A stretch of 64,000 nucleotides of DNA, from the NCBI GenBank assembly GCA_963749705.1, contig CAVVNQ010000008.1, positions 32,001 to 96,000 of the forward strand, read 5' to 3'. Made by a program: the position numbers and the translations under genes. Position 1 is the stretch's first letter, and each line of letters opens with the position of its first letter. The DNA is from an uncultured Chloroflexia bacterium. GTDB taxonomy: Bacteria > Chloroflexota > Limnocylindria > Limnocylindrales > CSP1-4. Of the stretch, positions 49,012-58,825 are shown piece by piece. Below the pieces are notes generated by a model, which did no database searches, was not told the origin of the DNA, and saw only the letters and a list, made by a program, of their open reading frames with translations.

Positions 49012-49253
49012 CAGGGTTTGCAGAACCTCCTACGCAGGGTCGGGGCGCCGTGGGTCGGGTGTCGTTCCATCGTCGGTCACGCGGCCGGATCGGGGCGGGC
49101 ATCGCAGCCGGCCCGACAATGTGGGCATTCACGGACAGGGGCTCGGTACACAGGGGAGCCGCTCGTCAGCGATGGTGAGTGTATGCGTGCCCGCTCGCGG
49201 GGGTCAAACCAGATCGCGGAGCGACGGATGCGATGCAGTCCCATGCTCTCGGG

Positions 49254-49913
49254 ATGCATCAGCCGACCGCGACCGACCCCGTTTCCGACAACAACGACCC
49301 GTCCTCCCTATACTCCCCGCTCGTGAACCGACGCTCCAGCCTCGGGTGCCTCTTCGAAGTCGTCGAGACGCTCGTCCTCACGCTCGTCATCTTCTTCGTC
49401 ATCCAGACGTTCGTCGCCCAGCCCTACCAGGTCCAGCAGGATTCCATGGAGCACACGCTGGAGCCCGGCCAGTACGTGCTCGTGGACAAGCTGACCCCTC
49501 GCTGGGACTCGTACAGCCGGGGCGACGTCGTGGTGTTCAGCCCGCCCGTCGACTACACGCAGAACCCGACGCCGTTCATCAAGCGCGTGATCGGCCTCCC
49601 CGGCGACACCGTCGAGGTCAAGGATGATGGGCTCGTGTACGTCAACGGCACGCCGCTGCAGGAGCCCTACACCTTCAAGAACGCCGATGGGATCCCCGGG
49701 CCGACGACGTCGACCGACCAGACCCGATGGGTGGTGCCCGAGGGCGAGCTGTTCGTGATGGGCGACCACCGGGAGGCGTCCGCCGACTCTCGCGTGTTCG
49801 GCTCCATTCCGATCTCGCACGTGATCGGGCGCGCGTTCCTCCGCTACTGGCCGATCTCGGCGCTCCAGATCATCGCGACGCCGGTCTATCCCGCCATCCC
49901 GTCGACCCCCTGA
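49254..49913 (+). CDS. lepB: Signal peptidase I
   Basis: TM segment, SMEHTL, FIKRVIGLPGD, MGDHR..S.DSR.FG; start uncertain. Confidence 0.94.
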   Translation: MHQPTATDPVSDNNDPSSLYSPLVNRRSSLGCLFEVVETLVLTLVIFFVIQTFVAQPYQVQQDSMEHTLEPGQYVLVDKLTPRWDSYSRGDVVVFSPPVDYTQNPTPFIKRVIGLPGDTVEVKDDGLVYVNGTPLQEPYTFKNADGIPGPTTSTDQTRWVVPEGELFVMGDHREASADSRVFGSIPISHVIGRAFLRYWPISALQIIATPVYPAIPSTP

Positions 49914-49926
49914 CGGGCTCCTGGTC

Positions 49927-50655
49927 GTGACGCCCGTCCTGGTCGCTGCCGCGCTGCTCGCGTGCGCTGGGGCGGTCGTGGCGTGCGCGGCGCGCGAGCC
50001 CCGGTTCATCGCCCTGGGGATGCTCGCGGCCATGCTCGCCGCGGCGTTCGTCGCCGATCCGCTGCCCGACGGGATCGCGCTCGCCGCCCGGCTCACCGGC
50101 GCGATCCTGGGCAGCTACCTGGTCTGGGTATCGCTGCGGGGCGTGCCGTTGCCCGCATCCGGCTGGCAGCTGGGCTGGGCCGGCGCGGCAGCCGTCGCCC
50201 TCGTCGCGTTCGTCGCCGGCTGGCTCGGCGCGGTCGCGATCGGGGAGGCGCTGCGCGGGGCGTCGGCGGAGGGCCCGACGATCGGCGTCGCCGCACCGGG
50301 GCTGGTCGCCGGGTCGGACGTCTCGCGCGCGGCGATGGGCGCGGCGTTCGCGCTGGCGGCGACGGGCGCAAGCTCGGTGATCCTGGGTCGCGACGTCCTG
50401 CGCACGGGCATCGGCCTCCTGCTCGTGGTCGCGGCGACCGAGCGGCTGCAGGCCGCGCTGGGCGGCACACCCGAGGACCTGGCGGTGCTCGCCTTCGGCC
50501 TGCTCATCGCGGCCGGCGGCGCAACAGTGGGATTGCTGGTCTCCCGCGCGATCAAGCTGCAGGGGGACCTGGAGCTCCGCGCGCCATCGACCCGCGAGGT
50601 CGCCGTCCGGACCCGCGGTGCCGACGAGGCACATCCGCTGGCGCACCGGCGATGA
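49927..50655 (+). CDS. Hypothetical integral membrane protein
   Basis: Multiple Ala/Leu-rich TM segments; stop overlaps the next ATG. Confidence 0.7.
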   Translation: MTPVLVAAALLACAGAVVACAAREPRFIALGMLAAMLAAAFVADPLPDGIALAARLTGAILGSYLVWVSLRGVPLPASGWQLGWAGAAAVALVAFVAGWLGAVAIGEALRGASAEGPTIGVAAPGLVAGSDVSRAAMGAAFALAATGASSVILGRDVLRTGIGLLLVVAATERLQAALGGTPEDLAVLAFGLLIAAGGATVGLLVSRAIKLQGDLELRAPSTREVAVRTRGADEAHPLAHRR

Positions 50656-52325
50656 TGATCTCGCTGCTCCTGGGGATCTCCGCGATCGGCGCGCTCGCCG
50701 CGGCGTGGGGGCTCTCGCGCGGCGGCCGGGGCGCCATCGCGGGCGTCGCGCTCGGCGTCACCGCGCTGATCGTGGTGCTCGGCATCGCACTCGGCACGGA
50801 CGCCCCGCGCGTCATCGACAGCAACGCGTCCCCCGTGCCGGGCCTGGTGTTCGCGGGACGGATCGTGCGAACCGACTACCTGCGCCTGGTGATCGCGCTG
50901 TGGGCCCTGGACGCGATCATCGTGATCGCCATCGCGGGGCTGATGGGCGGGCTCTCGGCCCTGCGCGGGCTGCTCGCCGGAACGCTCCTGGCGATCGCCG
51001 GCGGGATCGTCGCGCTCGGTGCGACCAACCTGTCGCTGGGCCTCATCGCCGCAGCGGGAACCGGGCTCGCGGCCATGGTCCCGGTGCTCGCCACGACGCG
51101 GGGCGCATCGATCGGGGCCGCCGCCCGGGAGCTCCGCGTCACCCTTGCCGTCGGCTCGCTGCTGCTCGCATCGGTGGCCATCGCGCCCATCGCGGCCGCG
51201 CTCGTCCTGACCGGCACGTCGGGCGGATCGGCGGGGCCGAGCGGAGGCCAGGCGGGTGCGGTCGTCGGACTCGTCTCGCTTGCCGTCGCGCTCGCCGTGG
51301 CGATCCGGCTGGGGGCGATCCCGTTCCACCTGCGCGTGCCCAGGCTGACCGACGCCGTCGCGCCGGCGGCCATGCCGCTGCTCATCGCGTGGGTCCCGCT
51401 GCCGCTCGCGGTCACCGGGTTCGCGATCGTCGACCACCTCGTGGCGCCGCTCGCGCTGTCGCTCGAGACCGAGCGCTGGCTGGTCATCGCGCTTGCCCTC
51501 GTCACCCTCGCCGCGGCGGCGCTGGCGGCGTTCATCCAGGAGGACCTGCGGCACGCGGTGGGCTATCTGGTGATCGCCGACGGCGGCCTGGTGCTGCTGG
51601 GATTTGCGGCGCTCGACCCCGCGGCGTGGGGCCCGACACGGATCTGGCTGGTGGCGTTGGCCGCATCCAAGACGGCACTGACCGCCTGGGCGGCTGTCGC
51701 GGAGTCGCGGTTCGAGACGCGCAGCCTGCCCGACCTTCGCGGCTGGATGCGGCGGTCACCGATGCTCGCCGCCGCGCTGCTCCTGACGGTCGTGGCGACG
51801 TTCGGCCTGCCGGGCTGGATCGTGTTCGGGGCACGCGGCGACCTCGCGCGCCTGGCCGCCGGCGGGACGCTCGAGGTGGTGCTCATCGTCGCCGGGTTCC
51901 TCTCGCTGCCGGCATACCTGCGGATCCTGATGATCGGGGTCGGACCGGCCTCGAGCCACGTCGCGCGAGCCGCGCCCGAGCGCTTCGTGCGGGCGGTGCG
52001 GCGCCGGCCGAGCCTTGAGTTCGAGCAGGAGCGCAGCCTCGAGACCGATCCGGACGCCGCGACCGGCGTCGCCGGGGACGGCGCAGCCGCCGATCAGGGG
52101 GCCGTGGCCCCCGGCGCCCTCGGACGGCGCGGCCGGATGGTCGCCGGCAGCGGCTCGCTGGCACGCGGGCTTGCCGGCGCGATGCGCCGGGATCGGACGG
52201 AGCTGATCTCAGCCGCCGTGCTCTCGCTCGCGATCCTTGCCGCGCTCACGTCGTGGGGCGCGCTCGACCTCGGCGGTGCGGCCAGCGAGCCGGCGCCGAT
52301 CGTGTCCGGGCCGTCGGCGGACTGA
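50652..52325 (+). CDS. Proton-conducting transporter-like membrane protein (NuoN/MrpD-like, degenerate)
   Basis: RLGAIPFHL, QEDLRHAVGY, LPDLRG..RRSP, TFGLPG echo the Oxidored_q1 pattern; many TM segments. Confidence 0.65.
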   Translation: MMISLLLGISAIGALAAAWGLSRGGRGAIAGVALGVTALIVVLGIALGTDAPRVIDSNASPVPGLVFAGRIVRTDYLRLVIALWALDAIIVIAIAGLMGGLSALRGLLAGTLLAIAGGIVALGATNLSLGLIAAAGTGLAAMVPVLATTRGASIGAAARELRVTLAVGSLLLASVAIAPIAAALVLTGTSGGSAGPSGGQAGAVVGLVSLAVALAVAIRLGAIPFHLRVPRLTDAVAPAAMPLLIAWVPLPLAVTGFAIVDHLVAPLALSLETERWLVIALALVTLAAAALAAFIQEDLRHAVGYLVIADGGLVLLGFAALDPAAWGPTRIWLVALAASKTALTAWAAVAESRFETRSLPDLRGWMRRSPMLAAALLLTVVATFGLPGWIVFGARGDLARLAAGGTLEVVLIVAGFLSLPAYLRILMIGVGPASSHVARAAPERFVRAVRRRPSLEFEQERSLETDPDAATGVAGDGAAADQGAVAPGALGRRGRMVAGSGSLARGLAGAMRRDRTELISAAVLSLAILAALTSWGALDLGGAASEPAPIVSGPSAD

Positions 52326-52358
52326 TCGTGTCCGGGCCGTCGGACTGAGGGTGTCCGA
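52296..52358. repeat. Tandem duplication of a gene 3' end
   Basis: GATCGTGTCCGGGCCGTCGG(CGG)ACTGA twice, plus a partial third copy, spanning the stop at 52325. Confidence 0.7.
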
Positions 52359-52421
52359 GCCGCCAGGGTCGCGCCCGATGGACCCCGGGGCCGGGGTGGC
52401 CGGCGGGCGATCTGACCCGGT

Positions 52422-52889
52422 TCAGTCGGCCGGGGCGAGCACCCAGCGATCGATCTCGCGCTCGTAGCTGAGCAGCTCCTCGGGGCGGAACCACAGCGCG
52501 AGCTCGGCGGCTGCGGTCTCCGGACCATCCGACGCGTGGACCAGGTTCTGTGCCGTCTCGACGGCCAGGTCGCCACGGATCGATCCCGGCGCCGCCTCGT
52601 GCGGGCGGGTCGCGCCGTTCATCGCGCGCACGATGGCGATGGCATTGGGGCCCTCGAGCGCGGCCGCGACGAGCGGGCCCGAGGTGATGAAGTCGACCAG
52701 GCCGGCAAAGAACGGTCGCTCGCGATGGACCGCGTAGTGCTGCTCGGCGAGCGCCCGATCGACGTGGACGAGCTTGAGGCCGATCAGCTTGAGGCCCCGC
52801 TCCTCGAACCGGGTGAGGACGCGGCCGACCAGCAGGCGCTGGACGCCGTCGGGCTTGACCAGGAGAAGCGTTCGCTCGAGCTCGGGCAT
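52422..52889 (-). CDS. ndk: Nucleoside diphosphate kinase
   Basis: ERTLLLVKPDGVQR, HYAVH..RPFF, PGSIRGD, NLVHASD. Confidence 0.96.
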   Translation of the reverse strand: MPELERTLLLVKPDGVQRLLVGRVLTRFEERGLKLIGLKLVHVDRALAEQHYAVHRERPFFAGLVDFITSGPLVAAALEGPNAIAIVRAMNGATRPHEAAPGSIRGDLAVETAQNLVHASDGPETAAAELALWFRPEELLSYEREIDRWVLAPAD

Positions 52890-53083
52890 CGGGGCAGTCG
52901 ACCTCATGTCGGTGGCGGCGGGCATGGCGGCGTCGCCGGTGTGGTGCAGGTCACGCTGCAGGGCCGACCGAGACCGTGGGGTTCGGGGCGCAGGCAGCGC
53001 GGACTGACAGGGTAGCGCGGCGGACGACCGCGCGAGCGGGCGATGTCCCTGCGCGCGAGCGGGCGACTGCGGCTCGGCGCGGG

Positions 53084-54064
53084 CTACCCCTCGGCGTCGG
53101 ATGCGTCCCGGTCGACCCGGTCGTCCTCGTGTCCGCGCGCACGGTCGAATGCCGCGAGCGCCTCGCTCTCCCGGCCCAGCAGCCGGTACGCGTCGCCGAC
53201 CACGAGGGCGAGCTGGGGATCGGTTGCGCGTTCGCCGATGGCGTCGATCACCGCATCGGCGAAGTCCGCCTCGAGCCGGAGGGCGACGCCCAGCCGGAGG
53301 GCGGCACGGGTGATGTCGCCGCTGCCGAGCGCCGCCAGCCCGCCGGCGAGCGCCTCGGCGGCCGCGGGCGAGGCCGGCGCGGAGGCCGCGCTGCCCTGGG
53401 CCGGCGCTGCCGCGACGTGCGGCCGGGCGGGACGAGACGTCGACGGCCGCTCGGCCATGACATCGGGTGGTGCGTCGTCGCCCGCGATGTTCTCCGGCCA
53501 GATCGGGCTGCGCGGCATGCCCGCGAACAGCGCCTCGATCGATCGGCCGCCCGCGGCGGCAACCGCGCGACCGGCCAGCCGGCGAGCCTCGCCGGGACGT
53601 CCCAGCGCCGCGGTCGCCTCGGCCGCGATCGCGAGGGCAAGGACATCCTCGCGGCCGATCTCGATCAGGGCGTTCGCCGCCTCCCCGGCGCCGGCGAGGT
53701 CCCCCGTGCGCCAGCGCACCTCGGCGAGATCCAGCAGCGCGGCCTCGTCGAGCGCTCCCCGCCCGGCGAACGACTCCAGCTCGGCGCGTGCGAGCGAGGT
53801 CGACCCCATCCGCAGGTGGAGCCGTGCCATGCGCAGGGCCGTCGGCCGTTCGTCGGCCGCGGTCGCGCCGGTCAGGTTCGCGTCGACGATGGCGGGCGCG
53901 ATCGACGACGAGCCCCGGCCCGTCGCGCCGCCCGGTGGGGCTGGCCGCGAGCGATCGCGCAGGCGCGGCGTCGGCCCCCGTCCCCGTGCCGCAGCGGCCG
54001 GGTCGGAACGACGGGCGCGTCCCGGCTGCTCGCCCGGTGTCGGGTTGTCGGCCGTGTCGCTCAT
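53084..54064 (-). CDS. Hypothetical protein with TPR-like helical repeats
   Basis: ATGA-coupled to the peptidase; LDLAEVRWRTGD..A and VGDAYRLLGRESEALAAFDRA. Confidence 0.7.
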   Translation of the reverse strand: MSDTADNPTPGEQPGRARRSDPAAAARGRGPTPRLRDRSRPAPPGGATGRGSSSIAPAIVDANLTGATAADERPTALRMARLHLRMGSTSLARAELESFAGRGALDEAALLDLAEVRWRTGDLAGAGEAANALIEIGREDVLALAIAAEATAALGRPGEARRLAGRAVAAAGGRSIEALFAGMPRSPIWPENIAGDDAPPDVMAERPSTSRPARPHVAAAPAQGSAASAPASPAAAEALAGGLAALGSGDITRAALRLGVALRLEADFADAVIDAIGERATDPQLALVVGDAYRLLGRESEALAAFDRARGHEDDRVDRDASDAEG

Positions 54065-55329
54065 GGGCGCAGCCGCAGGTGCCGGTCGAGGCCGCGGAGG
54101 TGCCGTGCCGGCGCGACCACCGCCATGCGCAGCGCATCGTCCGTGAACAGCTCGGCCGCCAGGCGTCGCACGTCCTCGGCGCGAACGGCCGCGACCGCCT
54201 CCAGCGCCTCGTCCAGCGTGAGCACGCGATCGTGCATCGCCTCCTGGCCACCGACCCACGACGCGAGGTGGCGGGTGTCGTCCATCCGCAGCTCCAGCCC
54301 GCCCGAGAGGTAGGCCTTCGCCTTCGCGAGCTCCTCGTCCGGCACCACCGCATCCACGAGCGTGGCGAGCTCGGCGAGGATCGCCTCGATCGCCGCGGGA
54401 AGCTGTGCGGGATCCACCCCGGCCGACACCTCGAGCGCACCCGTATCGGCGTACTCCACGATGCCCGAGCTGACGTCGTAGGCAAGCCCCTTCTGTTCGC
54501 GAACTCCGAGGAACAGGCGGCTCGACATGCCGTCGCCCAGCACCGCGTTGAGCACCGACAGGTTCCATGCGTCCGGGTGGTCGCGACGCAGCGCCGGCAC
54601 CGCGATCGCGAGCTGCGCCTGCGTCGTGTCGCGGCGTCCGGTGAGCACGCGCGGGCCGGCGGGCAGCGGAGGGGCCGGATCGAAGCCCGGCACGTGCCCG
54701 TTGCCGGTTCCGAACGCCGTGGCCGCGAGGCCGAGCGCCTCCTCGTGGTCGAGATCCCCCGCGACCGCAACCACCGTGTTGGCGGGCCGGTACATCGTGT
54801 GCCAGAACGACCGGATCGCCTCCGACGGCAGGCCGCGGATCCCGTCCTCGTCGCCGCAGATCTCGCGGCCCAGCGCGCCATCGCCGAACAGGGCCTGCTG
54901 GATGAGCATCCCGACGTACTCGGACGGGTCGTCGAGGTAGGAGCGGATCTCCTCGACGATCACCGTCCGCTCCTGCTCGATGTCGGCGTCGGCGAGCCGG
55001 GGCCGGACGATCAGCTCACCGAGCACCGTCATCGCGCGCTCGGCCTCGCGCCTCGGGACGCGCGTCCAGTACACGGTCAATTCGCGGTCGGTCGCGGCGT
55101 TGGCGGATCCGCCGACGCCTTCGACGGCTTCGGAGATCGACCGGCTCGACGGGTATCCGGCCGTGCCCTTGAACGTGAGGTGCTCCATGAAGTGGGCAAC
55201 ACCGGCCTCGGCCGGCGACTCCACCCGGGACCCCGCCAGCACGTACGCAGCCATCGACACCGAGCGTGACCCGGGCAGCCGGGCGGAGATCACGCGCGGC
55301 CCGTCGGGCAGGGCGGTTCGGTCGAACAT
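54061..55329 (-). CDS. M16 family zinc peptidase
   Basis: GVAHFMEHLTFKGT (HxxEH), NAATDRE, MSSRLF..VREQKGLAY. Confidence 0.95.
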   Translation of the reverse strand: MFDRTALPDGPRVISARLPGSRSVSMAAYVLAGSRVESPAEAGVAHFMEHLTFKGTAGYPSSRSISEAVEGVGGSANAATDRELTVYWTRVPRREAERAMTVLGELIVRPRLADADIEQERTVIVEEIRSYLDDPSEYVGMLIQQALFGDGALGREICGDEDGIRGLPSEAIRSFWHTMYRPANTVVAVAGDLDHEEALGLAATAFGTGNGHVPGFDPAPPLPAGPRVLTGRRDTTQAQLAIAVPALRRDHPDAWNLSVLNAVLGDGMSSRLFLGVREQKGLAYDVSSGIVEYADTGALEVSAGVDPAQLPAAIEAILAELATLVDAVVPDEELAKAKAYLSGGLELRMDDTRHLASWVGGQEAMHDRVLTLDEALEAVAAVRAEDVRRLAAELFTDDALRMAVVAPARHLRGLDRHLRLRP

Positions 55330-55408
55330 CGGGTCGATGGTAGCCGGGAACGGAAGGACCGGCGGCCGTTCGGCCGCCGGTCCGGTACGACGCGTGGAGG
55401 ACCCGGGA

Positions 55409-56809
55409 TCAGCTCGGGACGAACGCGAGCAGCCAGTCCTGGAGGAAGTACACGACGAACGCGGCGGTGACCAGCCACATCAGCGGGTGCACCTCCGATG
55501 CCCGACCGCGGACGACCCTGATCAGGACCCACGAGATGAAGCCCGCCCCGATCCCGACCGTGATGTCGTAGGTCAGCGGCATCAGGATCATGGTCAGCAA
55601 CGCCGGGACACCTTCCTCGACCTCGGCCACCGGGATGTCGCGCACGATCGTGAACATCAGGTAGCCGACGAGCACCAGGGCCGGCGCCGTGGCGACGCCG
55701 GGGACGATGCCCGCGATCGGGGACAGGAACACGGCGAGCAGGAACAGGACGCCGGTGACGACCGACGCAAAGCCCGTCTTGCCGCCCTCCGCGACGCCGG
55801 CCGCGGACTCGATGTACGTCGTGTTGGACGAGGTGCCGGCCAGGCCACCGACGATCGCGGCGACCGAGTCGACGGCGAGGACGCGCCCGACACCCGGGAC
55901 CGAGCCGTCCTCCTCGGCAAGGCCTGCCTCGGCGGCCACACCGGTGACCGTGCCCATCGTGTCGAAGAAGTCGGTCAGCATGATCGCGAAGATCGTGAGG
56001 ATCGCGGTCAGCAGCCCAAGGTTGAACACGTCGCCGAGGTCGAATTGCCCGAGCGTGGAGAAGCTGGGCGCGAAGCTGAACGAGTCCGCCGTCGGCAGGG
56101 TCGTCACCTTGTCCAGGCCGAACACGGGTGGCACGAGCGCGACCAGCGTGGTCAGCAGGATGCTGAGGATCAGCGCGGCCCGGATCTTCATCACGTACAG
56201 GGCGACCGTGATGACCAGGCCGATCAGGAACACGAACTGCGACGACGTGGTCGGGAACGCGACCGTCACGAGCGTGCCGCTGCCGGCCTTGATCAGCCCG
56301 CCATTGGCGAAGCCGATGAACAGGATGAACAGGCCGATGCCGACGCCGATGGACCGCTTCAGCGCGACCGGAACGGCGTTCATGATCGCCTCCCGGAGGC
56401 CGATCGCCACGAGGACCGTGACGACGATGCCCTCGAGCACGATCACGCCCATCGCGCCGGCGGGGGTGAGGCCCTTGCCGATCAGGGTGAACGCGACGAT
56501 CCCGTTGATGCCCAGCCCCGCGGCCAGCGCGAACGGGTAGTTCCCGATCACGCCCATCGCGATCGTCATGATCCCGGCGATCAGCGCGGTCGCGGCCGCG
56601 AGCGCCGGGAACGTGAAGTTCGGGTCGGCGTCACCGAACCCGGCGGTCAGGATCCCCGGGTTCACGAAGATGATGTAGGCCATGACCATGAACGTGGTCA
56701 GGCCCGCCCGCGTCTCGGTGGCGAAGTTCGTGCCCCGCTCGGCGAACTTGAAGTAGGCGGCGATGGCATTCAGGCCACCGCTCGGCGCAGCAACGGATGC
56801 AGCGCTCAT
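55409..56809 (-). CDS. NCS2/AzgA family purine permease
   Basis: AGLTTFMVMAYIIFVNP, GIGLFI, DFFDTMGT, TTYIESAAGV..GG.TG, YDITVGI. Confidence 0.93.
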   Translation of the reverse strand: MSAASVAAPSGGLNAIAAYFKFAERGTNFATETRAGLTTFMVMAYIIFVNPGILTAGFGDADPNFTFPALAAATALIAGIMTIAMGVIGNYPFALAAGLGINGIVAFTLIGKGLTPAGAMGVIVLEGIVVTVLVAIGLREAIMNAVPVALKRSIGVGIGLFILFIGFANGGLIKAGSGTLVTVAFPTTSSQFVFLIGLVITVALYVMKIRAALILSILLTTLVALVPPVFGLDKVTTLPTADSFSFAPSFSTLGQFDLGDVFNLGLLTAILTIFAIMLTDFFDTMGTVTGVAAEAGLAEEDGSVPGVGRVLAVDSVAAIVGGLAGTSSNTTYIESAAGVAEGGKTGFASVVTGVLFLLAVFLSPIAGIVPGVATAPALVLVGYLMFTIVRDIPVAEVEEGVPALLTMILMPLTYDITVGIGAGFISWVLIRVVRGRASEVHPLMWLVTAAFVVYFLQDWLLAFVPS

Positions 56810-56891
56810 GGGCTCGTGGAACCTCCCTCGTCTCGTGCTCGACTCCCGCGTGCCCGCGGGGATCTCCCACGGGCGATGCGCTCCGTGTCCC

Positions 56892-57338
56892 CTACTCCTC
56901 GGGTCCCTCCAGACCGAGCAGCTCCATCTGGACGAACCCGCTCGTGTCGAACTCGAGCTGCCGCGGCGCCGACGGTCCCTCGTCCTCGTCGGTGACGCCT
57001 GGCACGAACTCGATGACCACCCGCTCGTCGCCCTGTACGAGGGTGTAGACGAGCAGCTGGTCGGGGCGGGTCTCGAACTCGAGGTGCTCGAACGAGTCCA
57101 CGTTCAAGGTGATCGAGATCGGCGTGAAGAACGTCGACACGTCGGGCTCGTCGGCGACGATTCGCTCGACCCACCCGGTCCCATGGGCAACCACGTCCCG
57201 GCCCCGGAGATACCGGTACGAGACGGTCTGCTTGAGGATCGGGCGCAGGACGTGCTGGAGGTCAGTCCGGCTCGTCACGAGGCCCTGGTTGACGAAGAAC
57301 TTCGCGGGCGGATCGCTCGACACGTGGGCTCCCACCAT
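56892..57338 (-). CDS. Hypothetical protein
   Basis: 148-aa ORF with normal GC3 bias and a beta-strand-like pattern; co-oriented upstream of the permease. Confidence 0.7.
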   Translation of the reverse strand: MVGAHVSSDPPAKFFVNQGLVTSRTDLQHVLRPILKQTVSYRYLRGRDVVAHGTGWVERIVADEPDVSTFFTPISITLNVDSFEHLEFETRPDQLLVYTLVQGDERVVIEFVPGVTDEDEGPSAPRQLEFDTSGFVQMELLGLEGPEE

Positions 57339-57498
57339 CTGGCTCGAGGGTTGCGGAGCGGCGCGCCGTGCCGCCTTCCCGGGAGCGGCCCGACACCACG
57401 GATCCTAACGGACCGGGACGGTTGCGGGTCGGTGAAGTTCGCAGGGATCCGGGCGCCGGGCGCGTGCCGCAGGCGCCTTGCGGGATCGCCTCGTGCGC

Positions 57499-57644
57499 GG
57501 GTTCGGGTAGCCTCGTGCTCGGGCAGCCGCGTGCTCGCCTCACGCCGGCTCGCCCCGCAGGGGTTCGGGCAGCCTCGTGCTCGGGCAGCCGCGTGCTCGC
57601 CTCACGCCGGCTCGCCTCGCGCGCGGGCTCGGGCAGCCTCGTGC
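57499..57644. repeat. 62-64 bp tandem repeat (about 2.3 copies)
   Basis: GGGTTCGGG(T/C)AGCCTCGTGCTCGGGCAGCCGCGTGCTCGCCTCACGCCGGCTCGCC starts at 57499 and 57561, partial copy at 57625. Confidence 0.85.
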
Positions 57645-57842
57645 CCACCTCATGTGCATTCCTCGGGCTGGCGATGCCGCTGCAGGCGAATCGCGACGCA
57701 CGGAGCGGCGCAGGAGGTCGCGTTGGACCCACCTCGCGTCCAAGTCGTGCGTGGGCGTGCTGCCGAGCCTCGGCTGGCCGCGTCCCGCACGAGGCAATCG
57801 ACCTTCAAGTCCACAGGATGCACACCACGTGATCTTGCGGAG

Positions 57843-57944
57843 CGCCAGCGCTCGCGCGGGGGGGCCAGGTCGCTGGCCAAGGCGCTCGCGCGGGGGCGCC
57901 AAGTCGCTGGCCAAGTCGCTGGCCAGGGCGATGGCCAAGGCGCC
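57843..57944. repeat. 12-bp degenerate repeats
   Basis: GGCCAAGTCGCT-like unit about six times upstream of coaX. Confidence 0.7.
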
Positions 57945-58012
57945 GGCTATCGCGACGCCGGTCTTCGACGTGATCGGTGATCGCGGCCAAGGCGCCAACG
58001 TATGATCGACGC

Positions 58013-58825
58013 ATGCTGCTCGCGGTCGACATCGGCAACACGAACGTGACGCTCGGGCTCGTCGACGGCGGCGCGCTCGTCGCCACGCGGCGCGCCGGGA
58101 CGCACCGGGCCGGCACGCCGGACGAGCTCGAGGTGGTCCTCGCCGGGCTGCTTGCGCTCGATGGGCGGTCGCTCGATCGTGTCGACGCGATCGCGGTCGC
58201 GTCGGTGGTCCCGCCGTTGGCCGCCGCGCTCGAATCCGTGGCGTCCCGCCGGGGCATCCCGATCCTCATCGCGGGCGCGGGCAGCGTGCCACTGGCGATC
58301 CGGGTCGATCGGCCGGGCGAGGTCGGTGCGGACCGGCTGGTCAACTCACTGGCGGCGGCGCGCCTGTATGGCACGCCTGCGGTCGTCGTGGACTTCGGCA
58401 CGGCCACCACGCTCGACTGCGTCGGGCTCGACGGCGCCTACGTCGGCGGCGCGATCGCGCCCGGGCTCGAGCTCGGCCTCGAGGCGCTTGCTTCGAGGAC
58501 CGCGAAGCTGCCGCGGATCGAGCTGCGGACGCCCGACCGGGCGATCGGCCGCGACACGGTGAGCGCGATGCAGTCGGGCACGATCTTCGGCTACCAGGCC
58601 CTTGCCTCGGGCCTGCTCGCGCGGGTCCGCGGGGAGCTCGCCGAGTCGGCCGGCGTCACCCCGGATTCCGTACGCGCGATCCTGACCGGCGGTCTGTCGG
58701 CGGCCCCGTGGGCACGCGGCGTCGAGGGCGTGGACGTCATCGATCCCGACCTCACGCTCAAGGGGCTGGCGATCCTGTACGCGGAGGTCACCGGAGGCGA
58801 GCCCCTGGCGGGGTCGGTGCGATGA
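58013..58825 (+). CDS. coaX: Type III pantothenate kinase
   Basis: AVDIGNTN, SVVP, GADR, VDFGTATT, GGAIAPG, TGG; leaderless ATG after TATGAT. Confidence 0.96.
   Translation: MLLAVDIGNTNVTLGLVDGGALVATRRAGTHRAGTPDELEVVLAGLLALDGRSLDRVDAIAVASVVPPLAAALESVASRRGIPILIAGAGSVPLAIRVDRPGEVGADRLVNSLAAARLYGTPAVVVDFGTATTLDCVGLDGAYVGGAIAPGLELGLEALASRTAKLPRIELRTPDRAIGRDTVSAMQSGTIFGYQALASGLLARVRGELAESAGVTPDSVRAILTGGLSAAPWARGVEGVDVIDPDLTLKGLAILYAEVTGGEPLAGSVR

Noticed and set aside
56810-56891. Purine riboswitch before the NCS2 permease
   Set aside because: No purine-riboswitch core motifs; only a short GC hairpin.
57499-57644. CRISPR array
   Set aside because: Contiguous tandem units with no unique spacers, and no cas genes in the window.
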